Virus record (IMG/VR): IMGVR_UViG_3300033433_000003
Coordinates: 1-52,959 of that record
Length of the DNA stretch: 52,959 nt
Reading direction: 5' to 3' (one strand)
Source of the DNA: a virus
Taxonomy: Duplodnaviria; Caudoviricetes
How positions within the stretch are numbered: position 1 is the stretch's first letter; each line of letters starts with the position of its first letter. The notes under the pieces were generated by a model that had not been told where the DNA came from, did not search any database, and worked only from the letters and a program-made list of their open reading frames with translations. Of this stretch, positions 7,925-18,478 are shown one piece after another. A program made the position numbers and the translations under genes.

Positions 7925-8785
7925 ATGTCCAAAGAAGAAAAGGCTGCTGCCAAAGAAGAAAATGCATTGGTCAATCAGAACAATGCACTTGCAGAAGTTC
8001 CTGAAACGATCGATTTTTCAGCTGATGCTGGTGGAGGCATGGAAGAGGTGGACAAAGATACCTTTGCCATTCCTTTTGTCGGTATTCTCCAGTCAAACTC
8101 GCCGAAATGCGAAACTGTCGAAGGTGCCAAGGCAGGAAAGTTCATCAACTCCATCACCGACGAACTTTTCGATGAACTCTATGTCATTCCCTGCGCCTAT
8201 ACAAGGCGTTACATCCGATGGGCACCAAGGGCGACTGGCGGCGGTTTCAAGGGCGAATACATGCCTATCGACATCGAAGCTGGCAAGGTCGAGGGGTGCA
8301 AAGAATATGATGGCACCTATATGTTCGACGTTCCCGAAGGCGCCACCAGATACGACAAAGATCAGAAGCCGCTGTTCGATGTCGCCAGAGATACCAGAAA
8401 TCACTACGTTCTCGGCAAGTCCAGTGATGGCTCGTGGTTTACCGCCATACTTTCTCTTTCGAGTTCGATGGTGAAAAGGTCAAAGCGCTGGATGTCTCGC
8501 ATTTACGGCATCGAAATGAAGGATGCCAAGGGAAAGGCTTTCAACCCTCCTTCATACTCTCATATCTACAAGCTCACGCCAGTCAGGGAAGAAAAAGGTG
8601 GTGACAAGTGGTGGTCTCTGGAGGCTTCACTTGTGGGTCCTGTTACCGACAAGCATGTGTACGACAAGGCGAAAGAGTTCAATCTCCAGGTTACTGCCGG
8701 TCTCATCAAGGCTGTTCCGATGCAGGATGAAGTTACCTCATCGAAGAAGGCTTCCAATGATGATGATAGTGACCTTCCGTTCTGA
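7925..8785 (+). CDS. single-stranded DNA-binding protein (putative)
   Basis: Acidic SSB-type C-terminal tail DDDSDLPF; highly expressed codon style; followed by a terminator. Confidence 0.7.
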   Translation: MSKEEKAAAKEENALVNQNNALAEVPETIDFSADAGGGMEEVDKDTFAIPFVGILQSNSPKCETVEGAKAGKFINSITDELFDELYVIPCAYTRRYIRWAPRATGGGFKGEYMPIDIEAGKVEGCKEYDGTYMFDVPEGATRYDKDQKPLFDVARDTRNHYVLGKSSDGSWFTAILSLSSSMVKRSKRWMSRIYGIEMKDAKGKAFNPPSYSHIYKLTPVREEKGGDKWWSLEASLVGPVTDKHVYDKAKEFNLQVTAGLIKAVPMQDEVTSSKKASNDDDSDLPF

Positions 8786-8802
8786 TACACTTGAGAGGGC
8801 GA

Positions 8803-8832
8803 TTCCCGGTCAACGTTGGCCGGGATTTTTTA
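8803..8832 (+). terminator. rho-independent terminator
   Basis: TCCCGGTCAA-CG-TTGGCCGGGA hairpin plus T-run. Confidence 0.8.
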
Positions 8833-8871
8833 TCAGTAAATAATTAATCATTAATCATTAAACCTCCAAAG

Positions 8872-9060
8872 ATGTCTCATACGATTGTATGCCCCCATTG
8901 CTCAAATGTCATCACAACAGAAATATCAAACAAATCAGATGCAGAAGACTGTGATGGTGAAGACATCATTTGTCATCATTGCGGAAAAGAGTTTATGATC
9001 AACATCAACTGGTCATGGTCGATCTCAACAGTAAAAATTGAAGAAAATGCAACAATTTAA
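8872..9060 (+). CDS. zinc-ribbon protein
   Basis: CPHC and CHHC. Confidence 0.7.
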   Translation: MSHTIVCPHCSNVITTEISNKSDAEDCDGEDIICHHCGKEFMININWSWSISTVKIEENATI

Positions 9061-11272
9061 GGTTGACACCCTTCGTGCAGCTCTTGAATATGCTGCAAAA
9101 GGTTGGTATATTTTCCCTCTACATTCAATCGATGAAAATGGACATTGCACTTGCGGAAGTGAAACTTGCACTGACGCTGGTAAGCACCCCAGACGTGAGC
9201 TGGTTCCAAAAGGTCTGAAAGCTGCCAGCAGGGATCTGTCCTTGATCGAAAGATGGTTTCATATTGAAGGTGAACCTTCGAACATTGGAATCGCGACAGG
9301 TGAAATCTCTGGAATCACAGTCATAGATATAGACATTGGCGACGGAAAGGGTGGAGCTGAATCATGGCAGGAGATCGTTACAGAGCATGGTGAAGTTCAG
9401 ACCCTTATGGCATCAACAGGTTCTGGTGGTGTTCATATGATATTTTTGTACAATTCAGCTTTGAAAACTGCCTCCAATGTTCTTGGCAAAGGCATAGACT
9501 GTAGAAATGATGGTGGTTACATTGTTGCTGCTCCTGGTCGTCATCGCAGTGGTGGCGTTTATTCATGGGTTGATGAGTCTGTGGAAATTCGTTCTTTGCC
9601 CGCCCACATGGCTCGAAGAAAAGAAACACGTGGAAGGCCAAAAAAGGGTGACCTTACCAAGGCCAAGTATTCTCTCAACACCGTGCAGGACATGCTGTCT
9701 GTGGTTCCGGCAGACGACCGAGACACCTGGAGAAATGTAGGAATCATTCTCGGAAGGGAATTCAAGCGTTCAGATGATGCCTGGCTTACTTATATTGAGT
9801 GGGCCGAAAAGGGAATGAAAGATGGCAAAAAGGGCAGAAATCATGATAAGATCATGCATGAAGCCTTTTATGAAATATCTGCTATCGACACATCTTCTGG
9901 AAGTCTTACGATGGGAACCATTGTTAAGATGGCTCTTGAAAATGGCTGGGCCCCAAAAGCTGGTGACGTTCCTATCGAAAACTTCATTTATTATGGTCCT
10001 GGAAATAACTACATTTATCGGCCAACTGGTTCAGCTTGGGTTTCCAGTGCAGTGGATGTGGCAGTTTCACCTGTAAATGAAGATGGCAAGATTTTGCAAG
10101 CTTCTGACTGGCTGAAGATGAATCAGCTTGCGACGTCTATGACATGCGACCCTTCCATCGAAGATGACTTTGTAAAAGGCTTCGACAACCGACACGGTGA
10201 AATATGCAAGGTTCCTGGCTCAGCAATATACAACAACTATATTAAGCCGACCATCGAGCCTGGAGATTCACGATTAGCTCAACCGTTCTTGGAGCATTGC
10301 GCAAAGGTGTTCAACAAAAAAGGTGATTGCGAGCAGTTCTTGAATTACATGGCTCATAGGGTTCAGAAACCATGGGAAAAACCAAGGTTCGCTCTTTTGA
10401 TTGCAGGTAGCCAGGGAGTTGGCAAAGATACAGCAATTGAAATGTGTGGTCCAGCAATCGGAACTTGGAACATAGCGAACATCGATCCTTCTGCATTTGA
10501 GAGTCAGTTCAATGAATACGCGGCTTCCACTTTGGTGCGTATCAGCGAGGCGGCCAATCTGCACGAAATGTCGAAATGGGCTTTCAATGAACGTACAAAA
10601 GTGCTGATTGCAGGAACTCCTGATGTTATGATGATCAATTATAAGTACGGAATGAAAAGTCCTATCAGGATGTACTGTGGAGTTGTGATTACCACAAATC
10701 ATCTTGGTTCCGGTATATACATTCCTGCTGACGATAGGCGATACGATGTTATTGAGACAGCATCAATGGAAGAAATGGGAATTGCAGACATCGATATAAG
10801 ACGACAATATTTCGATGATTTATGGAGTTGGTTCCTATTGCATGGCGGAGATACACATGTTGCGGCGTACCTTGCCAATCGTGACATTTCTGGATTCTCG
10901 GCATCCAATGGACAACGCAAGACTGATGCTCATAAGACTGTTGTTGCTGCTGGAATGTCGTCTGATGAATGGCTTGCAGACATTCTTGATGATTTGCAGG
11001 ACGTTGAAAACGCGCATGGGCGTGGCAAGCTGTTCGCCGTTCGTGGAGATGTTATAACATCCAAGGCTGAACAAAAAGGTGAAAAGGCCGGAGATGTGAA
11101 AAGGAAACTTGGCGCATCGTTGGGCCGTGCCGGTTTCCAGATTTACAGAAATCCTGATCGACAGGATGGCCGTTGGCTGATCGAAGGCAAGCGCACGACG
11201 GTATATGTTAAGAATGATGCGCCTGAAGGTATAATTCCAAATCAAATTGACGCTTTAAAGGAGATGTTCTAA
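9047..11272 (+). CDS. bifunctional primase-polymerase with PriCT-2 and SF3/DUF5906-type helicase
   Basis: NIGIATG, VIDID, TGSGGVH, GIDCRNDGGYIVAAP; Walker A GSQGVGKD; ITTNH, DDRRY. Confidence 0.9.
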   Translation: MQQFKVDTLRAALEYAAKGWYIFPLHSIDENGHCTCGSETCTDAGKHPRRELVPKGLKAASRDLSLIERWFHIEGEPSNIGIATGEISGITVIDIDIGDGKGGAESWQEIVTEHGEVQTLMASTGSGGVHMIFLYNSALKTASNVLGKGIDCRNDGGYIVAAPGRHRSGGVYSWVDESVEIRSLPAHMARRKETRGRPKKGDLTKAKYSLNTVQDMLSVVPADDRDTWRNVGIILGREFKRSDDAWLTYIEWAEKGMKDGKKGRNHDKIMHEAFYEISAIDTSSGSLTMGTIVKMALENGWAPKAGDVPIENFIYYGPGNNYIYRPTGSAWVSSAVDVAVSPVNEDGKILQASDWLKMNQLATSMTCDPSIEDDFVKGFDNRHGEICKVPGSAIYNNYIKPTIEPGDSRLAQPFLEHCAKVFNKKGDCEQFLNYMAHRVQKPWEKPRFALLIAGSQGVGKDTAIEMCGPAIGTWNIANIDPSAFESQFNEYAASTLVRISEAANLHEMSKWAFNERTKVLIAGTPDVMMINYKYGMKSPIRMYCGVVITTNHLGSGIYIPADDRRYDVIETASMEEMGIADIDIRRQYFDDLWSWFLLHGGDTHVAAYLANRDISGFSASNGQRKTDAHKTVVAAGMSSDEWLADILDDLQDVENAHGRGKLFAVRGDVITSKAEQKGEKAGDVKRKLGASLGRAGFQIYRNPDRQDGRWLIEGKRTTVYVKNDAPEGIIPNQIDALKEMF

Positions 11273-11733
11273 TGGAAGAGCCGCAAAAAGTATGCTATGC
11301 ATGTGCCGGAAGAGGGGTGAACTATGGGCGGACATGCGATGTTTGCAATGGTGAAGGGGTCGTTCCTTTGCACGTTTTTGGTCCGATTGATGTTGATTCA
11401 TATGAATCACCGTTCGTCGTGCAGTTTAGGGCCTTGCAAAATGTAATTCATGAGAATGCATTGAACAAAGGTTTTTGGAGCAATAACGATAACAAGGGTG
11501 AAAAAATATGTTTAATGCATGCTGAGTTATCTGAAGCTCTGGAAGCTATAAGGGATGGCGACCCGCCTGATAAACATTTGCCTCAGTACCCATCTTCTGC
11601 CGTTGAATTGGCAGATGCTGTTATTCGTATTATGGATTACTGTAAGCGATACAATCTTCCTCTTGTAGAGGCAATCTTGGACAAAATTGATTACAACCGT
11701 TCCCGGCCATATAAGCACGGAAAGGAGTTTTGA
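11272..11733 (+). CDS. MazG-like NTP pyrophosphohydrolase with N-terminal Zn finger
   Basis: LMHAELSEALEA...VELADAVIRIMD...YNRSRPYKHGK. Confidence 0.85.
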   Translation: MEEPQKVCYACAGRGVNYGRTCDVCNGEGVVPLHVFGPIDVDSYESPFVVQFRALQNVIHENALNKGFWSNNDNKGEKICLMHAELSEALEAIRDGDPPDKHLPQYPSSAVELADAVIRIMDYCKRYNLPLVEAILDKIDYNRSRPYKHGKEF

Positions 11734-12008
11734 TGTTCCAGTTTGAAGAATGGACAGTCGGTCTTGCATTCAATGAATGTGGGAAAGCAGTTGAAATTGA
11801 TTCTCCAGGCTATGAAAGGTCAAAACTTTCTATAAACAAGCAAACAGGAAATCTTTATGCAACATTCGGTCCTGTGGCTGAAGAGTGGCCTTTGCTGTCT
11901 TATTACATCATTTACGATGAAGAAGGGTTTTTCAGGTATTCTTCAAAAATGAATCCTGTAAAGCTTTGCAAGGGTGATATTGCAACTGTTATTTTCCCAT
12001 TTATGTGA
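11733..12008 (+). CDS. hypothetical protein
   Basis: Coupled to the MazG stop. Confidence 0.6.
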   Translation: MFQFEEWTVGLAFNECGKAVEIDSPGYERSKLSINKQTGNLYATFGPVAEEWPLLSYYIIYDEEGFFRYSSKMNPVKLCKGDIATVIFPFM

Positions 12009-12126
12009 TTTTCCTTCCGCCTTCCGCCTTTCGACCCTTCCGACCTAAAAATTTAGCCCGTTTTAACATGCGAGAACGGGCTATCTCCCCTTCTTTAATA
12101 TAAATATATGCCCTTAAAAAGTGCTT

Positions 12127-12225
12127 CGTATAACGTGTATTTTTAATCAGCGCCTATATTATGTTTATTCGATCCGAAAAGTTATCTTATATTAGGTTTA
12201 AGAATAGGCAACAACTAAACGGAGA
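12127..12225 (+). repeat. 99-bp promoter/RBS cassette, near-identical copy at 18998-19096
   Basis: CGTATAACGTGTATTTTTAATCAG...GAAAAGTTAT.TTATATTAGG.TTAAGAATA.GCAACAACTAAACGGAGA. Confidence 0.9.
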
Positions 12226-12230
12226 CTACA

Positions 12231-12473
12231 ATGGCTTTCAAAATTACCAGATTCGACGAGAAAGGAAAAGTCAAAAAAGTTGACTACTTCTTTTCCTTGA
12301 ATACTGTTATATTCGTAGCTTTCGGAGAAAAGGACTTTGAATTTATGAAAGAAGAGGTTTACGGTTATATGAATGAATGCGCATCTTACAGCAGCGGAAT
12401 ATCGTACATGAGAGATGGAACGATAGAATACACAGAAGGATGCTTCATAATCGAATTAACAGAAGATGTGTAA
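12231..12473 (+). CDS. small acidic early protein
   Basis: GGAG SD, own promoter. Confidence 0.75.
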   Translation: MAFKITRFDEKGKVKKVDYFFSLNTVIFVAFGEKDFEFMKEEVYGYMNECASYSSGISYMRDGTIEYTEGCFIIELTEDV

Positions 12474-12492
12474 TCTTTTATTTTGACCCTAT

Positions 12493-12520
12493 AAAAAGTT
12501 AAGCTATATTAAGTTATAGG
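12493..12520 (+). promoter_or_regulatory. putative early promoter
   Basis: AAAAAGTTAAGCTATATTAAGTTATAG motif. Confidence 0.6.
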
Positions 12521-12556
12521 GTTTCGATAGCAGTCAATTTAATCAAAGGAGTCAAA

Positions 12557-12841
12557 ATGCCTTATTACATGGATATCGAATACGCAAATTCAGATTTTCT
12601 GGAGCAGGAAGGCATTCATTGCGAGGGCGAGGAAAAGGAAATGGTAACTATCGGACCAAAAAACGAGTTCTTCGAGTTGCTTCAAGGTGTCTTCATTGCT
12701 ACCGATGCGACCATGCTGGAGTTGGAGAACGAAGTTCTGACTAACTACGCAAAGATGGATGGAGATTGCATTCTGTATCCTATAAAGGAGGCAACCTCTC
12801 TGAATGATGTCTTCTGCTACAAACTTTATTTCAAACCCTAA
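12557..12841 (+). CDS. small acidic early protein
   Basis: AAGGAG SD, own promoter. Confidence 0.75.
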   Translation: MPYYMDIEYANSDFLEQEGIHCEGEEKEMVTIGPKNEFFELLQGVFIATDATMLELENEVLTNYAKMDGDCILYPIKEATSLNDVFCYKLYFKP

Positions 12842-12851
12842 TCAACTAACG

Positions 12852-15800
12852 ATGAACATTGCATCTGTACGACCACTTTTCATTGTAGACGTAATCAACT
12901 CTGTTGGAGGTCTCTGCTCTACAATCTTGGCCCATGTCGAGTCGAACGAAGATATCATAGTCATGAGGAATCTCATTACCTCTGACTCAAACAGGGTTAG
13001 GTTTGAAAAGATTTTTGGCCCTATTCAGTTTGTTGAGCGAGAAGAGGCAAATGAATATGAAGAGGAAAGCTATTTTGAAAAGAATAGCAGTCCGATTCGA
13101 TTCGGCAGACCAAAGCTTATGACAGGACTCAAAGGTCGCCTCAACACTTTTACGCAGGAGGTCTGATGGATCAGCATGAATTTCAAGTCGGCGATCAGGT
13201 TATATATGATCCAAATGAAAAGTGGTGTTCTTTATGTTCTAAAAAGGTGGAGGTTGGATTTATATACTCCATAAGAAAAGATGGAACGATCTTTTGTAGA
13301 TTTTTCAGAATGTGGAGTGGACCATTTACCGCCGATGGCCTAAGGACAAGGTGTAATTCAGAAAACACTCCTGCAAGATTTCTGAAGCCTTGGCACTATG
13401 TTGAGCAGGATGTTGTTGATAATATTATCATTGAACTCCATAATGAAATAATGGATCATGAAAAGTGATTTGGATCTTGACAAAATTGTGGACCAAGTTC
13501 CACCAGGATTCACTAAGCACGACGATGATTCCGCGTACTTTCCAAAGGGAGTGAAAGAAGATACGCGAGTCAGTGTGATCATCGAATGCGAAGGAACCCT
13601 TGCTTTATGTCACGGCAGGGCCGAAAGCTTTGGTTGGCTTATCGATCATAAGCCTGGAATATGCCCAACTCCAGCTCCCATAACCCATTTCAAAGTCATA
13701 GAATGAAACGTGTATTAAAATTGATGTCGAAATGCCAGCCTGAAAAACCTGGATACTACTGGTATTTTCATGAAGATTACGAGCGTGATGGAATACAGAT
13801 TGCTTTATTTGATGTAGGTTGGTATATTCCAGGCGTAGAGCATTCTGTAAAAACTCCAACTCATTGGCTTGAGGTAGGACAAAAACCTTCGCTTCCATGA
13901 ATAAGACCATTTATTTGAATTCAGAATCTTTGGTTAAATATACATTCTTGGTTACGCCAAAGATGCATATCAAAGGTAATTCCAGGCAGCGGCGTCGTTG
14001 GCTTCGACGGCAAGAAAGGATCAAGGACTTTGTAAGGCAAGATATGATTCGAGAAATCAATAAATCAATATCAGAAATGATATATGGAGGAAAGAAGAAA
14101 TGAGAAGCTCAAAACCGAAATGTAATACTTGCATGGATCATGGCGAATTGCACGATGGCGGTGGAGTTGTAAAATGTCCTGACTGCAAGCCAGAACCTGA
14201 TCCGAAGCTTTCTGCCGATTTGATCGGTAAATGCGGTTTTGCTGAAAATAGGTTGATACGGAATCAAACAGATATCTTTGAGAAGATGGCTGATGATGAG
14301 GAAAAGTGGCCAAAATGGGATGCCAAAACTTACCACGACGCGAGCATCAAGCAGCTTGTCGAACAGCATAACTCCAGTGTTGGCCGCTTGGTTGACAGGC
14401 ACAACGACGAGATCGATAAGGATAGTTTTGAATCAGCAAATTTGCGCATACAGCTTTCCAGAAAGGAACGGGAAATACGTAAGCTGAAAATTCAGAAAAC
14501 AGGGCTTCTTAACGTGGCAAAAACGTTGTTGTTTGCTATTAAGAAAATGAATCCTCACCATTCTTGGATCAACGGTGCTGAAATACGCATAAAAAGATAT
14601 GGAGGCGAGTAATGGAATTGAAAGAAATTCAGGCATGTCGGATTGAGCTTGAGAATGATATTGCATTGTCAATAATGAAGTTTATCGCTGAAACAGGAAT
14701 TTCTCCAAGATCAGTTGAGATACAAATGCTTCGCGTCAATGCTTTTGGAAAGCCGATAACGTATACTGTCGGCCAAGTGGTGGTTTCAATCGACATCTGA
14801 TAAAATATATAACCTGAGGCTAATATGTATAGAGATTTAATATTGGTTGCTGTATCATCGTTGACCTTCATACTCATCATCATCCCTTGGTTGCCAGGCG
14901 CTTTATGGTGGTTAGCAACAAAACTGATCAGATACGATGCTTATTTGAACTTTATAACAAAATTCTGGGAGAACCTTAAATGAGCATATTGGAACACCGG
15001 ACTGATATGGAAAAAGAGTTAGACGCTTTATCCAACACAATCTCCGACATCAGCAAGGTGCTGGGAGGTGGGGAATGAAACAACGTGTGTGGAGTTCCGA
15101 ATACAACCAATGGGTCGAGGTTAACGTAGTGACGAAGGAAGAAAAAGAAGAGAGGCTGAGAAAGCTAAGGCATTACAATTTTTCGAAAGGTAAAAAGTTT
15201 GCGCTGTGGACACGGATAAAAAAACTCATAGCAAAATATGGAGGGCATGGAAAATGACTGACATACGAGACACTGGAGCGATGAACGATCAGCCAGTTAG
15301 TGACGCGCTCGCCGACTTTTTTCTTCGCCAGCGACTGTTCGACAGCCGGAGGCGTATTAAAGAACTCGAATCCAAGCTCGCCGCGCTGACAGCGGACTTT
15401 GAGCAGGCGAAAGAAAACGCAGAAACGAACGCAAGACTTCTCAACGAATCTCATGGTAAGCTCGCCGCCATGACCACGCCGCGCGAGGGTGACGCTGTGA
15501 TGGATGCTATTGCAAAAGCAGAGGATTACGAATACAGTAACCGTGGAGACTGTGAGGGGCATAATCCTGAAATAGAATACATCCGCCAAGTATACCAAGC
15601 CAAGTATACGAAGTGGGAAGCGGAGATCGCTGCGCTACGCACACAAATTCCAAGGATAGTAAAACCATTAGATATTGAGGTTTATGAATCAGGACACGGT
15701 TGGTGGCGTCGTGCGTGGTCATGCCCTATATGCGGAACTGAAACATCAAGATTCGGCAAACATCAGGGCGTTATACCAGATGGAGATAAATATTGTTCTT

Positions 15801-16274
15801 GCGGAGTAAAATTTGATTGGTATTATAAAGCTGAATCATGAATTTCCATATAATAATCAAAGTAATATTATGAAACCTTCATCGCTCAACGCCCGTCTCA
15901 AGGCATTAGTCGCCAGCAATTTGATCAAATGCAATGGATTCGACAGTGCCATGGCAAACAACACCTTGCTGGAGGCAGCAATATACATAGGTAAGCTTGA
16001 GAGAACGGTCACCAGGCTCGAAAATCACATATCAAAGTCTTACTTCCCACCACCGCCGCCCATTCAGAAAATAGAGCCGCTCAAAGACCTTTCAGAGGTA
16101 GAAATCAATAAACATGTCAAAGCAATACTTCACAATATCAACGCCATGTCGTCGAACACCACGGCTCCGACCAATGAATTGATCAACACTCTTCGCCTTA
16201 TTCATCAAGTCTCGACCCCCACCCACATCACATGGCTGGAAATATACTCTGACTTTAAGAATTTGTTTCAGTAA
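12852..16274 (+). other. run of about 12 short, translationally coupled hypothetical genes (e.g. 12852-13166, 13166-13468, 13458-13706, 13897-14103, 14100-14612, 14612-14800, 14825-14983, 15075-15257, ~15254-15841, ~15870-16274)
   Basis: Co-oriented ORFs with ATGA/TGATG overlaps; several CxxC motifs; no recognisable family. Confidence 0.65.
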
Positions 16275-16297
16275 ATTAGTATTTGACTATTCGGCCC

Positions 16298-16326
16298 GAA
16301 AAGTTATATTATATTAGGTTTAAGAA
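16298..16326 (+). promoter_or_regulatory. putative early promoter
   Basis: GAAAAGTTATATTATATTAGGTTTAAGAA, near-identical to 12176 and 19047. Confidence 0.7.
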
Positions 16327-16360
16327 GGGGCAGGATTAATCATAAATAAAGGAGATCGTC

Positions 16361-16711
16361 ATGTCTAAGCACGTAAAATATCAGTTGTTTCTCGAACTCG
16401 AACAAGCCGAGGGAACAAATGTTACGCACGACTGGCAGTTAATCATGGAATCGCCAATCTATGATACAGTAAGGGAGTTGGTCGAGGCTCAGCCAATCCT
16501 GATGTTTTTAACCGAGGATGACATTAATCATCTGACTGAGCAGGGAGAGTTGGACGGAGGATTTGGAGAGTTGGGTGGCATTTACACGAACGAACTTTCT
16601 TTCAATGAACTTCCATACATATATCATGGTGCAGCTTTCAGCCCAGCTTTTGGATCGTACATTTATTTGCCAGGAGTTTTGAACCTTGGAATTACCTACA
16701 TTCCTGCTTGA
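16361..16711 (+). CDS. acidic early protein
   Basis: AAGGAG SD, own promoter. Confidence 0.75.
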   Translation: MSKHVKYQLFLELEQAEGTNVTHDWQLIMESPIYDTVRELVEAQPILMFLTEDDINHLTEQGELDGGFGELGGIYTNELSFNELPYIYHGAAFSPAFGSYIYLPGVLNLGITYIPA

Positions 16712-16977
16712 TTGATTGCTGAACGGCGTAGTTGGACCTTTATTTCAGTGATGCGGGATGGAGAAAAAATTACGTCGTTCGGTATTTTAGGGGTGGAAGT
16801 GGTTGTGGAAAATACTCTCGAATTACGGTTTTTTAGGGTCGCCCGGAGAGCCGCATACTACGAAATTAGGAAATCGTGCTACGGGAAGGGAGTGGAAAAG
16901 TACGAGGGAAATACTTCGTTTTTGGGATGATAAACGCTGTTCGACGACCGCTGACCGATTAAGGACGGCGCGGGAGT

Positions 16978-17091
16978 TTCCCTGCCTTGTGTATTCCCTA
17001 TAAAAGATTTTATTAAATAAAGTATAGTAAAGGGCATGTAGAGGGGTTATTATTATTTATATTATAGACGTATATACCACAAGGCAGGGAA
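16978..17091. repeat. AT-rich element bounded by a 14-bp inverted repeat TTCCCTGCCTTGTG; candidate replication origin (copy 1)
   Basis: Perfect inverted repeat seen; related copy at 24443-24551. Confidence 0.8.
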
Positions 17092-17109
17092 GTTCCGGCA
17101 AGGTACTTA

Positions 17110-17550
17110 ATGCGAAATAACATGATAGGAGGCTGTATGCGGGAAATTACGTCGTCGTGCTTAGATATTACAATTTTAAAGGAATATTTCAAATATTATC
17201 CTGAAACAGGATTTATAGTATGGAGGAAAAAGTCATGTATCAAAAGCAGGATTGGAGCCGGAAACTTTGATTTAATGAGAGTTGAACGTGGACAGTTAAG
17301 TGAAGAAGATTCTGAAGTTGTTGCAGGAAATAGATATGATGGAGGCAGAAAGATTGTCTTCAGAGGTAAGCAAATGAAGTCGAGAAGAGTTGCTTGGATG
17401 TTGTATTATGGAGAGATTCCGAATGGGGATGTAATCAACATAGATGGAGATGTTTATAATGATAGGATCGAAAACCTTGGCGTGCTTACGAGAAGTGAAC
17501 GAATGAGAAGATTGATTAACAGAACGAGAGCTGAAGGAGGAATAGAATGA
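17110..17550 (+). CDS. degenerate HNH homing-endonuclease-like protein
   Basis: FKYYPETG.IVW N-terminus, RVAWMLYYGEIP, VINIDGDVYNDRIENL (catalytic His absent). Confidence 0.7.
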   Translation: MRNNMIGGCMREITSSCLDITILKEYFKYYPETGFIVWRKKSCIKSRIGAGNFDLMRVERGQLSEEDSEVVAGNRYDGGRKIVFRGKQMKSRRVAWMLYYGEIPNGDVINIDGDVYNDRIENLGVLTRSERMRRLINRTRAEGGIE

Positions 17551-17765
17551 TCTGGAAGTTTGTCAGATTAGTATTCATATTTTTTCAGCTGTATATTTTC
17601 ATATCGATTATAAGATGCACAGGAATGTAATAAATTTGGAAAATAAATTTTTGCGCCTATGGGGAAATTTCGTATATTTAATTAATGTGAATTGCTATTA
17701 ATTTGTGAAGATCAGGCTTAGTCGAATGGTTCGGCAAAAGCCAAAAACTTAAATGGAGATTGACC

Positions 17766-18419
17766 ATGTCCGAAAAAGTTGTAGACGAAATCCAGGCTGG
17801 CCAGATTCAGGATGCTGTTGAAGCTCTGACTGAAGCAGGTGAAGCCATCGAAGAAGCCAAGGAAGCTCTGGAAGGCGCTGAAAATCCTGAATGCTCTGAA
17901 AAGTCTGAAAAGGCCAAAAAGGAAAAGGAGTATGTTTCTCCTGAAGAAAAGAAAATCCATCAGTCCGAAGGAACCAAAAAGAGTTGGGAAGACCCTGGTG
18001 TTGCTGCTGCCAGAAAGATTCGCCGTGGCTGTATCGTTACCCCGCCTGATGGTGTCGGCACTGTACTTCGCTTTGCCAGTGTCTGGGCCGCATTCCAGTA
18101 TTACGCTTCCGAAAACCAGATCAATCTCGGCAATGTTTCCAAGGCGATATCTTTCAGGAGAGAACTCAGGATGGAGGATGGCAAGGAGATGGCCCTGGAG
18201 GTCGAAGGTGTCGGCTCATTCATGTTCAAGGATTGTCCGATTCCTGTGATCGAAAAGCCCAAAAAGGAAAAGGCAGTGAAGCCGAAAGAAGGTGAAGAGG
18301 GATTTGTCCCTGCCGAAAAGAAGGCCAAAAAGCCGAAGAAAGCCAAACAGACGCCTGAAAAACCCAATGAAATTCCGGTTGATGCTGAGCCTATGAATGT
18401 CGAAGCCAAATGGGATTGA
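17766..18419 (+). CDS. Lys/Glu-rich putative DNA-binding protein, paralog of 19957
   Basis: KSWEDPGVAAARKIRRG core; GGAG SD; own promoter and terminator. Confidence 0.8.
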   Translation: MSEKVVDEIQAGQIQDAVEALTEAGEAIEEAKEALEGAENPECSEKSEKAKKEKEYVSPEEKKIHQSEGTKKSWEDPGVAAARKIRRGCIVTPPDGVGTVLRFASVWAAFQYYASENQINLGNVSKAISFRRELRMEDGKEMALEVEGVGSFMFKDCPIPVIEKPKKEKAVKPKEGEEGFVPAEKKAKKPKKAKQTPEKPNEIPVDAEPMNVEAKWD

Positions 18420-18445
18420 CAGAAGCAAAGCATACGCATCGAAAT

Positions 18446-18478
18446 GAAACCCTGGTGAAAGCTGGGGTTTCTGTTTTT
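18446..18478 (+). terminator. rho-independent terminator
   Basis: GAAACCCTGG-TGAAAG-CTGGGGTTTC plus T-rich tail. Confidence 0.7.

Noticed and set aside
16712-17003. ORFs 16712-16930 and 16803-17003
   Set aside because: Weak non-ATG starts with no RBS; they overlap a repeat-rich, origin-like tract.
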